Assembly: GCF_036321535.1 (NCBI RefSeq)
Contig: NC_087437.1
Span: 87,732,001-87,796,000 of the forward strand
DNA: 64,000 nucleotides
Direction of reading: 5' to 3'
From: Camelus dromedarius
Taxonomy: Eukaryota
Made by a program: the position numbers and the translations under genes. The notes under the pieces were generated by a model. The model had not been told where the DNA came from, searched no databases, and worked only from the letters and a program-made list of their open reading frames with translations. Below, piece after piece: positions 39,051-51,300 of the stretch; the stretch's first letter is position 1; each line of letters opens with the position of its first letter.

Positions 39051-40039
39051 TTCAATGGGTTCAACAATGGGCCATTCATCTTCCTTGGACATTTTGCATA
39101 AGTAATAGCAGCTCGCGTTTAAGGACAATTCCAGGGGCTGTAATATCTATATTCATTTTACATTAGAAGATTTAATTTTCTGTTTATGAATTCAGTATAT
39201 TTCTCTGAATTGGATGTAGTTCAGTGTTTTATTATAGGAAATCGTATTTTTTCCTATCAGTTGTCAGGAAACAGTTACCCAATTTGACTAAGTTATAACA
39301 ATGGTTCTTATCCAAAAGCTGTTACAAGTCATGAAAATGAAGTCAATTTACTGGCTCAGCTCCCAGATTAAGAATTGCTTTATGAATAAATAAAGTAATA
39401 GATGGCATCTAAAAGGGGAATGGACAATATAGATATTTTCAGCCTACTTCTTACATTTCACATTTAGTAGTAAAATAGTTACTATTTGGAATTGATATGC
39501 CTCAAACTGTAATGGTATTTTGCAAAAAAAGAAATAGGCAGAAAAGTATCTAGGTATTCCAGTAATAAGAAGAAGAATTTAAAAGCTGATTTTCCACAAT
39601 ACTCATATTGACTGATAATTTTAATATTTTATGAATATAGATACTATATACATTTCTTCTACTTCATTCTCAATTTTTCTTCCCCAGTCTATTCACATTT
39701 TATATTTCTAATGATCACCTACAGAATAAATATGCCCACCCAGCTGTTTACTCAGCAAATCCTCATTATTTGTCAATTTTATAGTGTCACATGAGAAATT
39801 CGCATGTTAACAAATTATACATTATCCTTCTTATTATTATTCTGTAGAATTTGACAAAACTAGCAAAATAATAACAGTGCAACATCATAAAGCATTACAA
39901 ATGAAAGACAAAATATAAGAAATCAAAGGAGAACATTGACAAACTTGGAAATTTCAAGGGAAAATAGAACAAGATAAATGGGTTAATCTTGACACACTTA
40001 TAGCTAAAATGTATTTGAATTACAAAGAGGGAGAACAGA

Positions 40040-41180
40040 AATTGAACTATGGCCCTCTTCTCTTTTCACTCCATAATCCTTACCTAGATAATTTTATCTT
40101 CACTTAAGACTTCAATTGACAGCTATCATTCTTTAGGCAATAAATGTTTCTCTACTACCTAGATCTCTTTTCTGAGCTCCAAACACACTTATCAGCTATC
40201 TAATTTATATCTCCTCTTACTTGCCTTAGCAATGGTACTGCCATATAAATGATACATTGATACTGTCCTTGAAAATCAGTCACTAACTCTGACCTCCTAA
40301 ACATATTCACTTCTCTCCATTTCCAATTCACCAACTTATTCCAAGCCACCATCTTGGACTTTTGTAACTTAACCTTTCTCTCTAATTCTGCTATTGCTTC
40401 CCTCCAAACTGTTATCCACATGGCAGCCACATTGATCTTTTTAAAATGTAACCATAATAATGTTATGCTTCTACATAAAACCATTCAGAATAAAGACAAA
40501 CATGGCTACAAGACCACGATCCAGGCACTTAAGACATCTCTCAAGCCAAATATATAACATCATGCTTCTCCTTGATCTCCCCCAACTGCCATGATTGTCT
40601 CTCAGTACCACACTGACCTGTGCTTCCTCCCACCACAGGGTCTTTGCTCATGTTATTTATTGTAATTAGACTGTTCTTGTCTCCTTTCTTCACCTAGTCA
40701 ATTCTTATTCATCCTTTAAACTTTAACTCCCTTGTGCTTTCACAGGAAAGACCTTTCTGGCAAGGTCAAATTGCCTGATTCTATACCCTAAAGAACAAGA
40801 GCCTCCTCTCTTAAAAAAAAAAAAATTATCTGTTAATATAAAAAGTATATTTTTAAAAGGCAGTCATTGGGATAAAAATAAGATAAAATGAAAGGAGCCA
40901 AATGAAATCTATAAGTCTATGAGCACTGAAGATAATAATATAGAATATCTTGTTATAAAAATCTCTTGAACTTGAGAGCTCAGATAGTACCCTCTTCTTT
41001 TATTGCACTTATTGTGGATAAGTTATTGATAAAAACACCTTTTTATCAATGTCTGTCTCCTCCCTTACATTGTAAACTCTAAGAAAAACAGAGAGAACTT
41101 ATGCTGTGACTCATTATGGAAACTCCAAGATAAAGCAAGTGAATGCATATAGTAGATGCTCAAAAATTTAGTTTACTATG
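40040..41180 (+). mobile_element. L2 LINE 3' portion
   Basis: agatctcttttctgagctccaaacac; atccacatggcagccacattgatctttttaaaatgtaa; ends catatagtagatgctcaaaaa. Confidence 0.75.
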
Positions 41181-41199
41181 AACACCAATTAAAAGTAAT

Positions 41200-42020
41200 T
41201 AACTATAATAAACAATTATAAAATAAAATTTTAAAATATCATTTTTATAACAAAAATATGAAACACTTAGGGATATATTTAGCAAAATAAGTAAAGGACG
41301 TCTGTACTAAAAACTAGAAAACATTTCTGAGACAGATTAGAAAAGAAACAAAGAGGATACACCCTAAAAAATTGATAAAATAGAATTCACAAAAATGTAA
41401 AACTTCTCTTCTTCAGAAAACAACACTAAGGAAATGAAAAGACAACTAGGAGAAAATTTTATGTGTGTGTGTGTGCGCGTGTGGATATATGTGTGTACAA
41501 CACAAAGGACTTGTATCTAGAATATAAAAAGAACAATTACAGCTCAAAAAGAAAACATTTTTATTCAGAATAGCTCCAAACCCAGCAACACAAATTTGCA
41601 TCAATAGGTGAATACGTGAACCAATGTTGGTATACTCATACAATGGAATCACTATTCATCTGTTAAAAGGAAAAGAAATACTGAGACATGAAAGGACATG
41701 AATAAATCTCAAAAAATTTTGTACTGTGTAAAATAATCCAAATACAGAGTACATATTTTAGGGCCCCACTTATATGAAATTCTAGAAAAGGAAAAATAAT
41801 GTATAGTAACAAAACCAAATCAGTAGTTGATTAGGATTAGGGAAGTGAGTGGGCACACTGATGGCCTTAAGGACACAGGGAACTTTTCTGGGAGATGGAC
41901 AAGTTCAATAACTTGAATGTAGTGCTGGTTACATTGAGGGATACATTTGTCGAACTCATCAAACTGTTTATAAAGTGAGTGAATTTTATTGCATGTAAAT
42001 GATATTTCAACAAAATTAAG
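41200..42020 (+). mobile_element. Old L1 3' fragments (L1MB-MD-like)
   Basis: ggacttgtatctagaatataaaaagaac; atacaatggaatcactattca; gtcgaactcatcaaactg...gaattttattgcatgtaaat. Confidence 0.8.
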
Positions 42021-42059
42021 TAAATTAATTCAACAAAATTAAACGAAAAAATGTATTGT

Positions 42060-42970
42060 TTTTTGTTGCTAGCTATTCTGACAGATAAGAGGTGATAATC
42101 TCATTGTGAATTTGATTTGCATTTCCCTGATGATTGATGATGATGAGCCTCTTTCAATGTGCCTATTGGCCATGCACAGTGTATTTTTCTTTGGATGTCA
42201 GCTCATTTTTTAACCAGGTTGTTTTTGATTGTTTGTTTGTTTTCTGATGCTGAGTTGTGAGTTTTTGGATATTTTGGGTATTAAACCATTATTGGATGTA
42301 TAATTTGCAAATAACTTCTCCCATTCATTAGACAGCCTTTTTGTTTTGTTAATAGTTTCCTTCACTGTGCAAAAGCTTTTTAGTTTGATGTAGTCCCATT
42401 TATTTAATCTTGCTTTTGTTTTCCTCGTCTGAGGAGACATATCCCCTCAAAAATATTACTAAGACTGATGTCAGAGTGTACTGTTTATGTTTTCTTCTAC
42501 AAGTTTTATATTTTCAGGTCTTACATTTAAGTCTTTAATTTATGTTGAATTTATTTTTATGTAGTGTGAGAAAGTAGTCTTGATTTGTCCTTTTACATAT
42601 AGCTGTCCAGTTTTCCCAATACCACTTATTGAAGAAGCTGTCTTTTCCCCTTTGTATATTCTTGCCTCATTTGTTGTAGATTAATTGTCCATGTAAGTGT
42701 GGGTTTATTTCTGTGTTCTCTATTCCATGCCATTGATCTATGTGTCTGTTTTTGTGCCAGGACCATACTGTTTGGATTATAGTAGCTTTGTAGTATAGTT
42801 GGCAATAAGGGAGCATGGTACCTCTAGCTTTGTCCTTCTTTCTCAAGATTGCTTTGGCTCTTCAGGGTCTTTGTGTTTCTATATAAATTTTAGAATTATT
42901 TGTCTTAGTTCTGTGCAAAATGCCTCTGGTATTTTGATAGGGAGGGCAGTGAATCTGTAGATTGCCTTAT
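42060..42970 (-). mobile_element. L1 ORF2 fragment (disrupted)
   Basis: Minus-strand peptide NKWDYIKLKSFCTVKETINKTKR..EWEKLFANY is the canonical L1 ORF2 C-terminal region. Confidence 0.93.
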
Positions 42971-43119
42971 CTTATCTGAAATATAATTTTAAGAACAACA
43001 ACAAAAAACAATTCTCGTTTAGATTTGACCTGTCATATGAACCTTTAAAACCTGTTTATTTCACTTTTCAGATTTGCATTTGCTTTTTCAATATTTCTTA
43101 CATGTTATGCCCTATACTG

Positions 43120-43694
43120 CATAGGGGAGGAAAATTTTTCCTCTACCCTTCTATGTTCTTTTGGCTGGCCTAATAATTTCATTGACATAAAACAGATTAA
43201 CAGTAGAAAAGTTTAATTTTGTACATAACAGGAGCCACACATACACATGAGAGGCTTCAAGTCAGTCAGTCTGCTGAAGTTTAAATGCCACCCAGAGTTG
43301 AGAAGAAGGTGGTAGGGATCTGTGGCTTCAAAGGGAAGGAAGACAATTCACATGATGGGAATAACAAATGTTTGCTAAACAAACAAACAAAAAGTTTGCT
43401 AAGCAAATGTTTGTCATGCCATGCAGAGACAATGGGACATAGAGAGAAATTTGAATAAACAGACCCTGCTGAGAGCCCCACAGCTTACCACACCTACCTA
43501 CACTCTTTATGGTTATCCCTCGTGATAGCTCTCTTTCTGGACCAGGCCTTCTATCCAAATCCAAATTCTTTAAGGCAGTTAAGGGGAAAGTAAAAATCTC
43601 TTCCTGGGTTTTTTGGACCTTGATTGCATTCAGCTCAAAGCAATACACATGCCAAAGTGACACATTTTGGGGTCACATATTCTGCTCCCCTTTA
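43120..43694 (-). mobile_element. ERV1 solo LTR (MER34/MER39-like)
   Basis: Ends catgccaaagtgacacattttggggtcacatattctgctccccttta; flanked by actg (43116-43119, 43695-43698). Confidence 0.78.
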
Positions 43695-43899
43695 ACTGTA
43701 ACATCTTTAAGTTCAAGTATTATGTCCACTTGATCACAGTTATATCCCCAGTGGCTAGTACACTGTGAGGCACATAGTAAGTTCTCAATATTTGCTGCAT
43801 GCATAAGTGAGTGAATAGTATAATTCAACAGTGCCAAAATCTAAAAATCATAATTGGAAAAATTATTTCCAAGAAAAATACTAGCTAAGTTTTTTTTTT

Positions 43900-44170
43900 A
43901 GTTCCTATTATGCAGTAGGCACTAATATTAGGATGGTCTTATATCTTTACCTTATCTCTGTATCTGTATATAGATCTAGACAGATTAGGTAGATAAATAG
44001 GTCCTTGCAGATGCCTACTAAGTATTATTATACTCATTTTGCTTATGAGAAAACTGGGCATACAAAATTTAAGTAATTTGCCCCAATCACAAAGCTAGAA
44101 AATGATAGCTGGGAATAAACACAGAGCAGTCTGATTCCAGGACCCAAACTCTCAATCATTATGCAAGACT
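43900..44170 (-). mobile_element. MIR SINE remnant
   Basis: tattattatactcattttgcttatgagaaaactgggcat...aagtaatttgccccaatcaca. Confidence 0.8.
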
Positions 44171-45399
44171 TTCTCTTAAATAAGAACTGATTGAGTTTTC
44201 TTTAAGTCTTTCATTTTAGGAAGAGGCTATAAAATAACAAAATAATGTTAATAATGCTAATTTTAATGCATTAATAGTCAGATTTTTCTCTATATACTAT
44301 CATGTGCAAATCTATCAATAACAGAGGCAGAAACCTAGATTTTCCTAGAATGTAAAATAATCTATGGTTAAAAAAATAGACATTTATATTGTTGCACTAA
44401 TTGTTTCCGGTTGCTCAAGAACTCCTTAATACTTCATGAAATAAGTAGCACTTCCACTTCCTAATATAATTAATGTACCTTTAAAATATGCAACTTTAAC
44501 CAGAGAAGTAAAGTGATGTTAAAAAACATCTCCTTACTTTAATTCATTCTTTTGCTATATTTTTATTTCATCAAATCTTCGTTGCTGGTATGTCCCTCTG
44601 GGAAGACCCCTCATTGGATGAGACATCTTGTCAACAGTTTAATGAAGTATTAAAGTGATTCATGACCAGCTCTTTTATTCCTTGTTCATGTAATCATTTT
44701 CTTCCAATACATGCCACAGTGCCAAGTTAGTGCCACTGAACCAGGAAAGGGCTAGCCACTTCCTGGGCTTGGATAAAACTTTTACCTTCAAAATCTCATG
44801 TCCCGATGTTTAGTCCTCTTCATTGGTCCAAATATGCTACATATAAAGTAGGTTTACTGTTAAGAGAGTCCCTTTTTTTCATTCCTATCTGCCAGACTCA
44901 TTTGGCTCAGCAAATGCATCAGATCTGTTGTGGAAAGTTTGAACTTATCTTTATCCAAATGTTCCACTCACTCTTTACTGCACACAGATGTCCTCCCTGC
45001 CCTTCCCCACCCCACCCCGACAAATTTAAGCTCTTTTTTGTTTCTTTTATCTATAGGAGAGGGAGAGACTTTAAAGTCCTATCCTCCTTCAGAGATGAGC
45101 CTACTCTCTGATCCACACAGATTATTTTTACATTCTTTCCCAGAACATCGGCAGAAATACTTATTTTATATTTTATATTTTATATATATATTGTATACAT
45201 TATTTTATACATATAAACTTATATATTGCATATTGACAGAAGCTATTCTAGTGATTTTTTTCAGGAAAAGGATTTATACAAGCATAGTTTCTTTATAATG
45301 GATAAAAATCAGTTAATACTGTTATAGAACACTTCCCCAGCTTAGAAAAAATAAGGCTTCCTCAGCTTAATAAAAGAAAAAAATAATACAGATTATTCC

Positions 45400-46228
45400 A
45401 TTTCCTTTCACTGTCATGTACTCCAATACATACTTTTGTAATAGAGCTCTACCATTGGTTCTGTCTTTAAAATGCATCCGAATGCAACGACTCCCCACCA
45501 CCTTTGCCCCCAACAACCCATTATAAATCACTATAATCTCCTGCCTAGATTGTTTCAATATATGCTAACCATTCTCCCTGTTTTTACCCACACTCTCTCC
45601 CTACAGTCTATTCTCAACACAGAGTAACTGCTTTAAAACTTATGTCAGATGATCTCATTTCTCTGCTCACTAATTCCCAGTCTCAATCAGAGGAAAAGCC
45701 AAAGTTCTGACAGTGCCTGGTGAGTCCCTCCACAGTCTGGCGTTGCTTCCCCCTTTCATCCTCCATGACTCCACTCCAGCCACACTGGCTTTCCAGTGGT
45801 TCCATAAGTCACACAGGCTCCAGCTTAAGACCTTTACACTTGCTATTAGAGCTCCCTGGAACAATCTTCCTCCCAATAAATATAGTCCTCATTTTTCCAT
45901 GTCTCTGTAGTTTTTAATAAAATGTTTCCTTCTCAGTGAGGCCTTCCTGAGCACCCTGTTTTAAATTGTATCTGACCCTACTACTCCCAATTCCCATCTG
46001 TTGCTTTCTTTTTTTTTTTTCTCTCTGTGAAACACTAATTACCATCTAATACACTCATACAACTTATTTATTTTATTACCTATCTGCCCCCAGTAGACTG
46101 TAACCCGAGGAGGGCATGGTTTTTTAGTTTGCTTTTGTTTATTTGGTTCCCTGATACCCGTTCAGTTCCTAGAACAGTCCAAGAGAGGCCGTAGATAATT
46201 TATAAATATTTGTTAAATGAATGAATCA
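45400..46228 (+). mobile_element. L2 LINE 3' end
   Basis: ctacagtctattctcaacacag; ccttctcagtgaggccttcctga; terminal taaatattttgttaaatgaatgaat. Confidence 0.85.
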
Positions 46229-47489
46229 ACCAATACTATTATTTGGTTTTGAACTGGGCAGAGGGAAGAAATAATCCTATAAAGAAAGTGTATATATCCT
46301 CTGTGGAAGACTCCTTCCATGACGAAACAAGACAGTCTTAATTCAGCAGCTATTTAACCAGCCAGAAATTAGTGATGAAGGCAACTTGACTAACCAGAGA
46401 ATGTTTATGTCTATACAAGGACAAGAAGGTTTTCCAGAACAACAAAGGAGAATAAGTAAGATGACAACAAACTGGGCAACCAACAGCCACTCTTTTTTTC
46501 TGATTTCTATTAAGAAATCAACTTTTTCCACTTCCTGATTTGGATGCATTTATATTCTCTATCCTAATAGTGACTTACAGACTTTCATTTAATTAGATAA
46601 TAAATTCTGTACATTTACACTTCCTGTAAAATAAAGGACCATTATTTTGACCTTTTTAATTGACTTCATCTGCCAAGATTCTGACCAAAGACTGTAACAG
46701 TCTGACACCACATTTTGCAAAAAGCTTTTATATATTGAAGCTTCATCAAATTGAATAATATATGTGCAGAGACTGGAAATATGTACTTTGCTCAGTATAC
46801 TCTAATTAACATAATTGGCCTAACACCAAAAATGATGAGAAGAGTTACATTTTAAAATACACAGATATTAAATAGACCACTGTTTCATCTAAGTCACGAA
46901 TAGTTTATGTGTGTTTGTGTGTGTGTGATTCAATTAGGAATTTGTATGGGAATAAAGTAACCAGTGAAGAAGGAATGGGAATTGTTGGAACCTAAAATAG
47001 GAGTAGTGAAAGACAAAGTCGAATAATATAACTGACTTCAGAAAAAAAGGTGAGTATTGTGCTGTAATAAGCAAGAAAGAAGCCAAATGTGGAAGAACAC
47101 AATGGGAAAGGAAGATCATGATAAGGCTTATAGATTACCTCGAGGCGGTGCTACAGGTGGGAGAAAATGAAAACAGATAAAATTCACATACCAATATCAC
47201 CCTATACATTAAGTGTAGCAATGATGACCCACACACAAAATTGCGATGCACTCCCATGGAAAAAAAATCAATTTAAAAGACAATGGGAATCGTGGCAGCT
47301 ACATCTAGTCTCTACACAAACACATAAGCACATAAATATCACGGGGATAGTTCAGTAAAAGCATGTGTTTGCAGCCAATTATATTTAAAGGATAGTGCTA
47401 TTGCAATACTGAAATCAAAACCAGAATTATAAAACGACTAGACTGAGAAGGAAGTTTTCAAGTTTCTCGCTCACTTTCATTTCCAGTAA

Positions 47490-50400
47490 CTTCTTACCCC
47501 ACTGTTCACTGGTTGAAGATTTTAGCTTCTGTTTGACTGTATTTCTATCCTAGGTGTTCCTTCCATCTCAGTGCCTGGCTTTATCAAGGGTGACATCAGC
47601 ATCCATGTGTGTCCCATGTTCCTTGTGTTCCTCGTGTCCCAGTTCCTTGACTTCTTCACCTTTCACCATCATTTTATTTTTCCCACCTCAGCCATCTACT
47701 CACGGTCACTCCCTCGACCTTTCAACATCAATAACTATTTCACACTAAAAATCTCCATTGTAGCATTCCATTCACTGACCGCCACATGCTCTTCTTCCAT
47801 TTCACCTAAAATTGTACCCCCACTGCAGCATCTAACCTCTATATGACTAATAACCCCACCAATTTTTCTTGATTCTGTTATTTTATTCTTCCCGACTTCA
47901 CATCTTCACACCTTCTCAATCCAGTTTAGAATACGTGTTTGGTCATTATAATCACTCCCTGAAAGTGGCCTCCAGTCTTTGGATCTCTCTCTCTGTCATC
48001 TTTGCTTTGCCAAACTTCAAACCTGCCTTAACCAAATTATTTGTTTTCTCTTTACTTTTTGTATAAGAAATTGAATATTGCTGAAAAAAAAATTCACAAA
48101 TGGACCACCATATTTCACTTTCCATCCATAAATTTCAACCCAAATTGAATTCTCCGTATTAGTCTCAACCTTACTACATTTCTCAGGTAAATCTATTTTC
48201 CTACTCTCCAGTCTTACTGCACATCCTTTCCAATGTCCTCAACAAACCCTTATACTCTCCTCTTCCATTTTTGTAAATGATCTCATACTTTATTGAGAAA
48301 ATAGAAGCCATGAAAGATAACTCCTTCATTCTCCCACCTTCAAATCTACAAAATCACCTTCTTCTACACCCATCTTCTGTACCTTTTATTCTTCCTGTTA
48401 CAATGGAATAGGTGGCACGACCACGTCCATCAGCTTGAGCTTCAGTTCCAACTACTCTCATCTTCTCAAGAGCTCTCCCTTTGCCTGTTATACCAATTTC
48501 TCTTTTTAATTATTCCTAATCAGCTTACAAATATGTTCTAGTATCATGCATTTCAAAAATCAAACTTTCTTGACCCCACATCCTCTTCCAGGTACTACTT
48601 CATTTTCAGTTCATTTTTTTAAATAAGAAAATAAGAAAATTTAAACTTATTTAATGAGTTGTTTACAGCTGCCATCCTCAGTTTCTTGTATTCCAATTCA
48701 ATTTCCTTCACTGTGTTTTCTAGCTACCCAAAATGATTGCTATTCTTCCTTTCAAGGTCATCAAAGAGCTATACATTCTCAAAATTCAATTGAATCTCTC
48801 TATTCTATTCTTACACGATGGCTCAGTGATATTAAAGATAGCTTCTCACCCCTCCTTCTTGAATACCTCTCTTCTCTTAACTTCTATATCACTACACACT
48901 CCAGGTTTTCCTCCTGCTTCACCAGTCCCTCTTTTTCAGTCTTTTTTGCTAGCTATTCCTCCTGTGAAATTGCTGGATTGCATCAGGAAACTATCGGGAA
49001 TCACTTTTTCTCTTGGTTTTATACTTTGTCTCAAGATGATCTTATACTATGAAATATATTTATGCTAACTATTTCTAAATCTGCATCTTCATCTAACACC
49101 TTTCCCCAGTTCCAAATTCTTATTCCTAACTGCTTAAATTTTAAATTCATATATCTAACTACCCATTTCAGGTCTCCAACTTAGATGGTTTAAGGTAAAT
49201 TTCTCTAATACATTTCACCTCAAAAAGAACTTTTGCTCCCTCTTTCCCCAATACTTTTCTCCAATTTTTAGCATCTCAGAAATTGACCAACCATCTTTTA
49301 TTTACTTATAAGCCTGGCTTTATTCTTCTAGTTTCCTCACTCCTTTTATCCAATTAATTACCATATTTTTTCAATTCTATGTCCTAATTATATCTCAACC
49401 TACCATTTCTAGTGTCTCCATCCTACTTAAGCCATCAGCATCTCCAACCTGAACAACTGCAAATCTTGCTCTGATCTCCCTGCTTGCATTTTTATCTAAC
49501 TATTGGCCATCTTCCATAGCTGCAAAAATGATTCACTTTTAAAATATAAGCTGAATCACGTCATTTTTGTATGAAATGATTTCAGGAGTTCCTATTGCTC
49601 TTTGGGGAAAAAAATGGGGCTCCTGTCAAATTGTTTTTATCTTATAATACATCATTCTATCCCTCTATCACGTTTCAATCTGCAAGACCACACTGGCTTC
49701 TTTTACTCCCTTTATTCCCATCAAGTTCTTTCCAGCCTCAGAGCCTTTTACTTGCTATTCCCATGGCTTGCAGTTCTCTTCCTCTGCCTCTTAACATAGC
49801 TAGCTTAAAAAAAAAAAAATTTTTTTTAAAAACTTCAGGTCTCAGTAAATGGAAGGAATGAAGGAAGAAAAGGCAGGAAAGAGACTCTTTAACCACCCAA
49901 TCAAAAATGAACCCTTTCTGGGGAACCCTCCTACACTGCTGGTGGGAATGCAGTTTGGTGCAGCCACTGTGGAAAACAGTATGGAGATTCCTCAAAAGAC
50001 TAGGAATAGACTTACCATATGACCCAGGAATCCCACTCCTGGGCATATATCCAGAAGGAACCCTACTTCAAAAAGACACCTGCACCCCAATGTTCATAGC
50101 AGCACTATTTACAATAGCCAAGACATGGAAACAACCTAAATGTCCATCAGTGGATGTATATTTATACAATGGAATACTACTTAGCCATAAAAACTGACAA
50201 CATAATGCCATTTGCAGCAACATGGATGCTCCTGGAGAATGTCATTCTAAGTGAAGTAAGCCAGAAAGAGAAAGAAAAATACATTTATGAGATTGCTCAT
50301 ATGTGGAATCTAAACAAACAAAGCATAAATACAAAACAGAAACAGACTCATAGACATAGAATACAAACTTGTGGTTGCCAAGGGGGTGGAGGGTGGGAAG

Positions 50401-50845
50401 GGATAGATGGGATTTCAAAATTGTAGAATAGATAAACAAGATTATACTGTATAGCACAGGGAAATATACACAAGATCTTATGGTAGCGCACAGAGAAAAG
50501 AATGTGACAATAAATATATATATGTTCATGTATAACTGAAAAATTGTGCTCTACACTGGAATTTGACACAACATTGTAAAATGATTATAAATCAATAAAA
50601 AATGTTAAAAAAAATGGACCCTTTCTGCCTCCAGTTACTTTAATTGAATGTACTATTTCCTTCTTACCATTTTTCAGTCTCTAATTACTTGTTTTATGTA
50701 TTTGCTTCCTGGTTTGTTATTTTTCTCAGGCTACTCGAATGTAATTTTCATAAGGATAGGGACTTTGTCTTAGTCACCAAGGTAGCCTGACATAAAATAA
50801 CCATTCTAATAAATATTCCTGAGTGGAATGAAATAATAAATGAAT
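47490..50845 (+). mobile_element. Long L2 LINE remnant (endonuclease region to 3' end), split by a young L1
   Basis: Decayed APE-endonuclease motifs GDISIHV (GDFNIH) and THGHSLDL (TH..GHTLDL); L2 3' end at 50740-50845. Confidence 0.8.
49921..50609 (+). mobile_element. Young 5'-truncated L1 (ORF2 C-terminus plus 3'UTR)
   Basis: [24 protein letters not shown]...CTPMFIAALFTIAKTWKQPKCPS and YIYTMEYY...MPFAATWMLLE; 18-bp TSD aaaaatgRaccctttctg (49903-49920, 50610-50627). Confidence 0.97.
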
Positions 50846-51079
50846 GTAAACTATTACATAAAAGTGAATTTGAGAAAGTTATTATTTTCAATTTCTACAC
50901 AAATATCTGCAGTGTCAAAAACAAAGCTACAGCATGAGAAGAATCAGGCTTCCAGGAACTGTTCAAAATGATGAATAACTCCCAGGATCTAGCCTATGAC
51001 TAACCAAGCACTTAGGTCACATGCTGATGAATATACAGTAAAGTGGCTCCCTGAGTGTCCATCTGGAAAGGGAGCTAAA

Positions 51080-51300
51080 CGTAATGGAGAACGGCCTGTG
51101 CACCAAACATTGCGCTGGGTATTTAATCTATATTGTCTCCTTTAGGACAGCATTCTGAAGTATGTATTGTCATCATCATTTTACAGATAAAAATTCTGAC
51201 CTCAGAAAGATAAGAACTGGTTTAAGATTTCATAAATGGTGGATAATGGATCTTATATTAGAGATTACAACTGCCCAGCTCCAAAGCTTTCTATACTACA
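51080..51300 (-). mobile_element. MIR SINE remnant
   Basis: catcattttacagataaaaattctgacctcagaaagataag. Confidence 0.7.

Noticed and set aside
46341..46540. Open plus-strand frame IQQLFNQPEISDEGNL...
   Set aside because: Stop immediately upstream, no convincing splice sites and no recognised protein
49907..50426. ORFs with real protein similarity
   Set aside because: L1 ORF2 C-terminal debris from a truncated insertion, not a host gene
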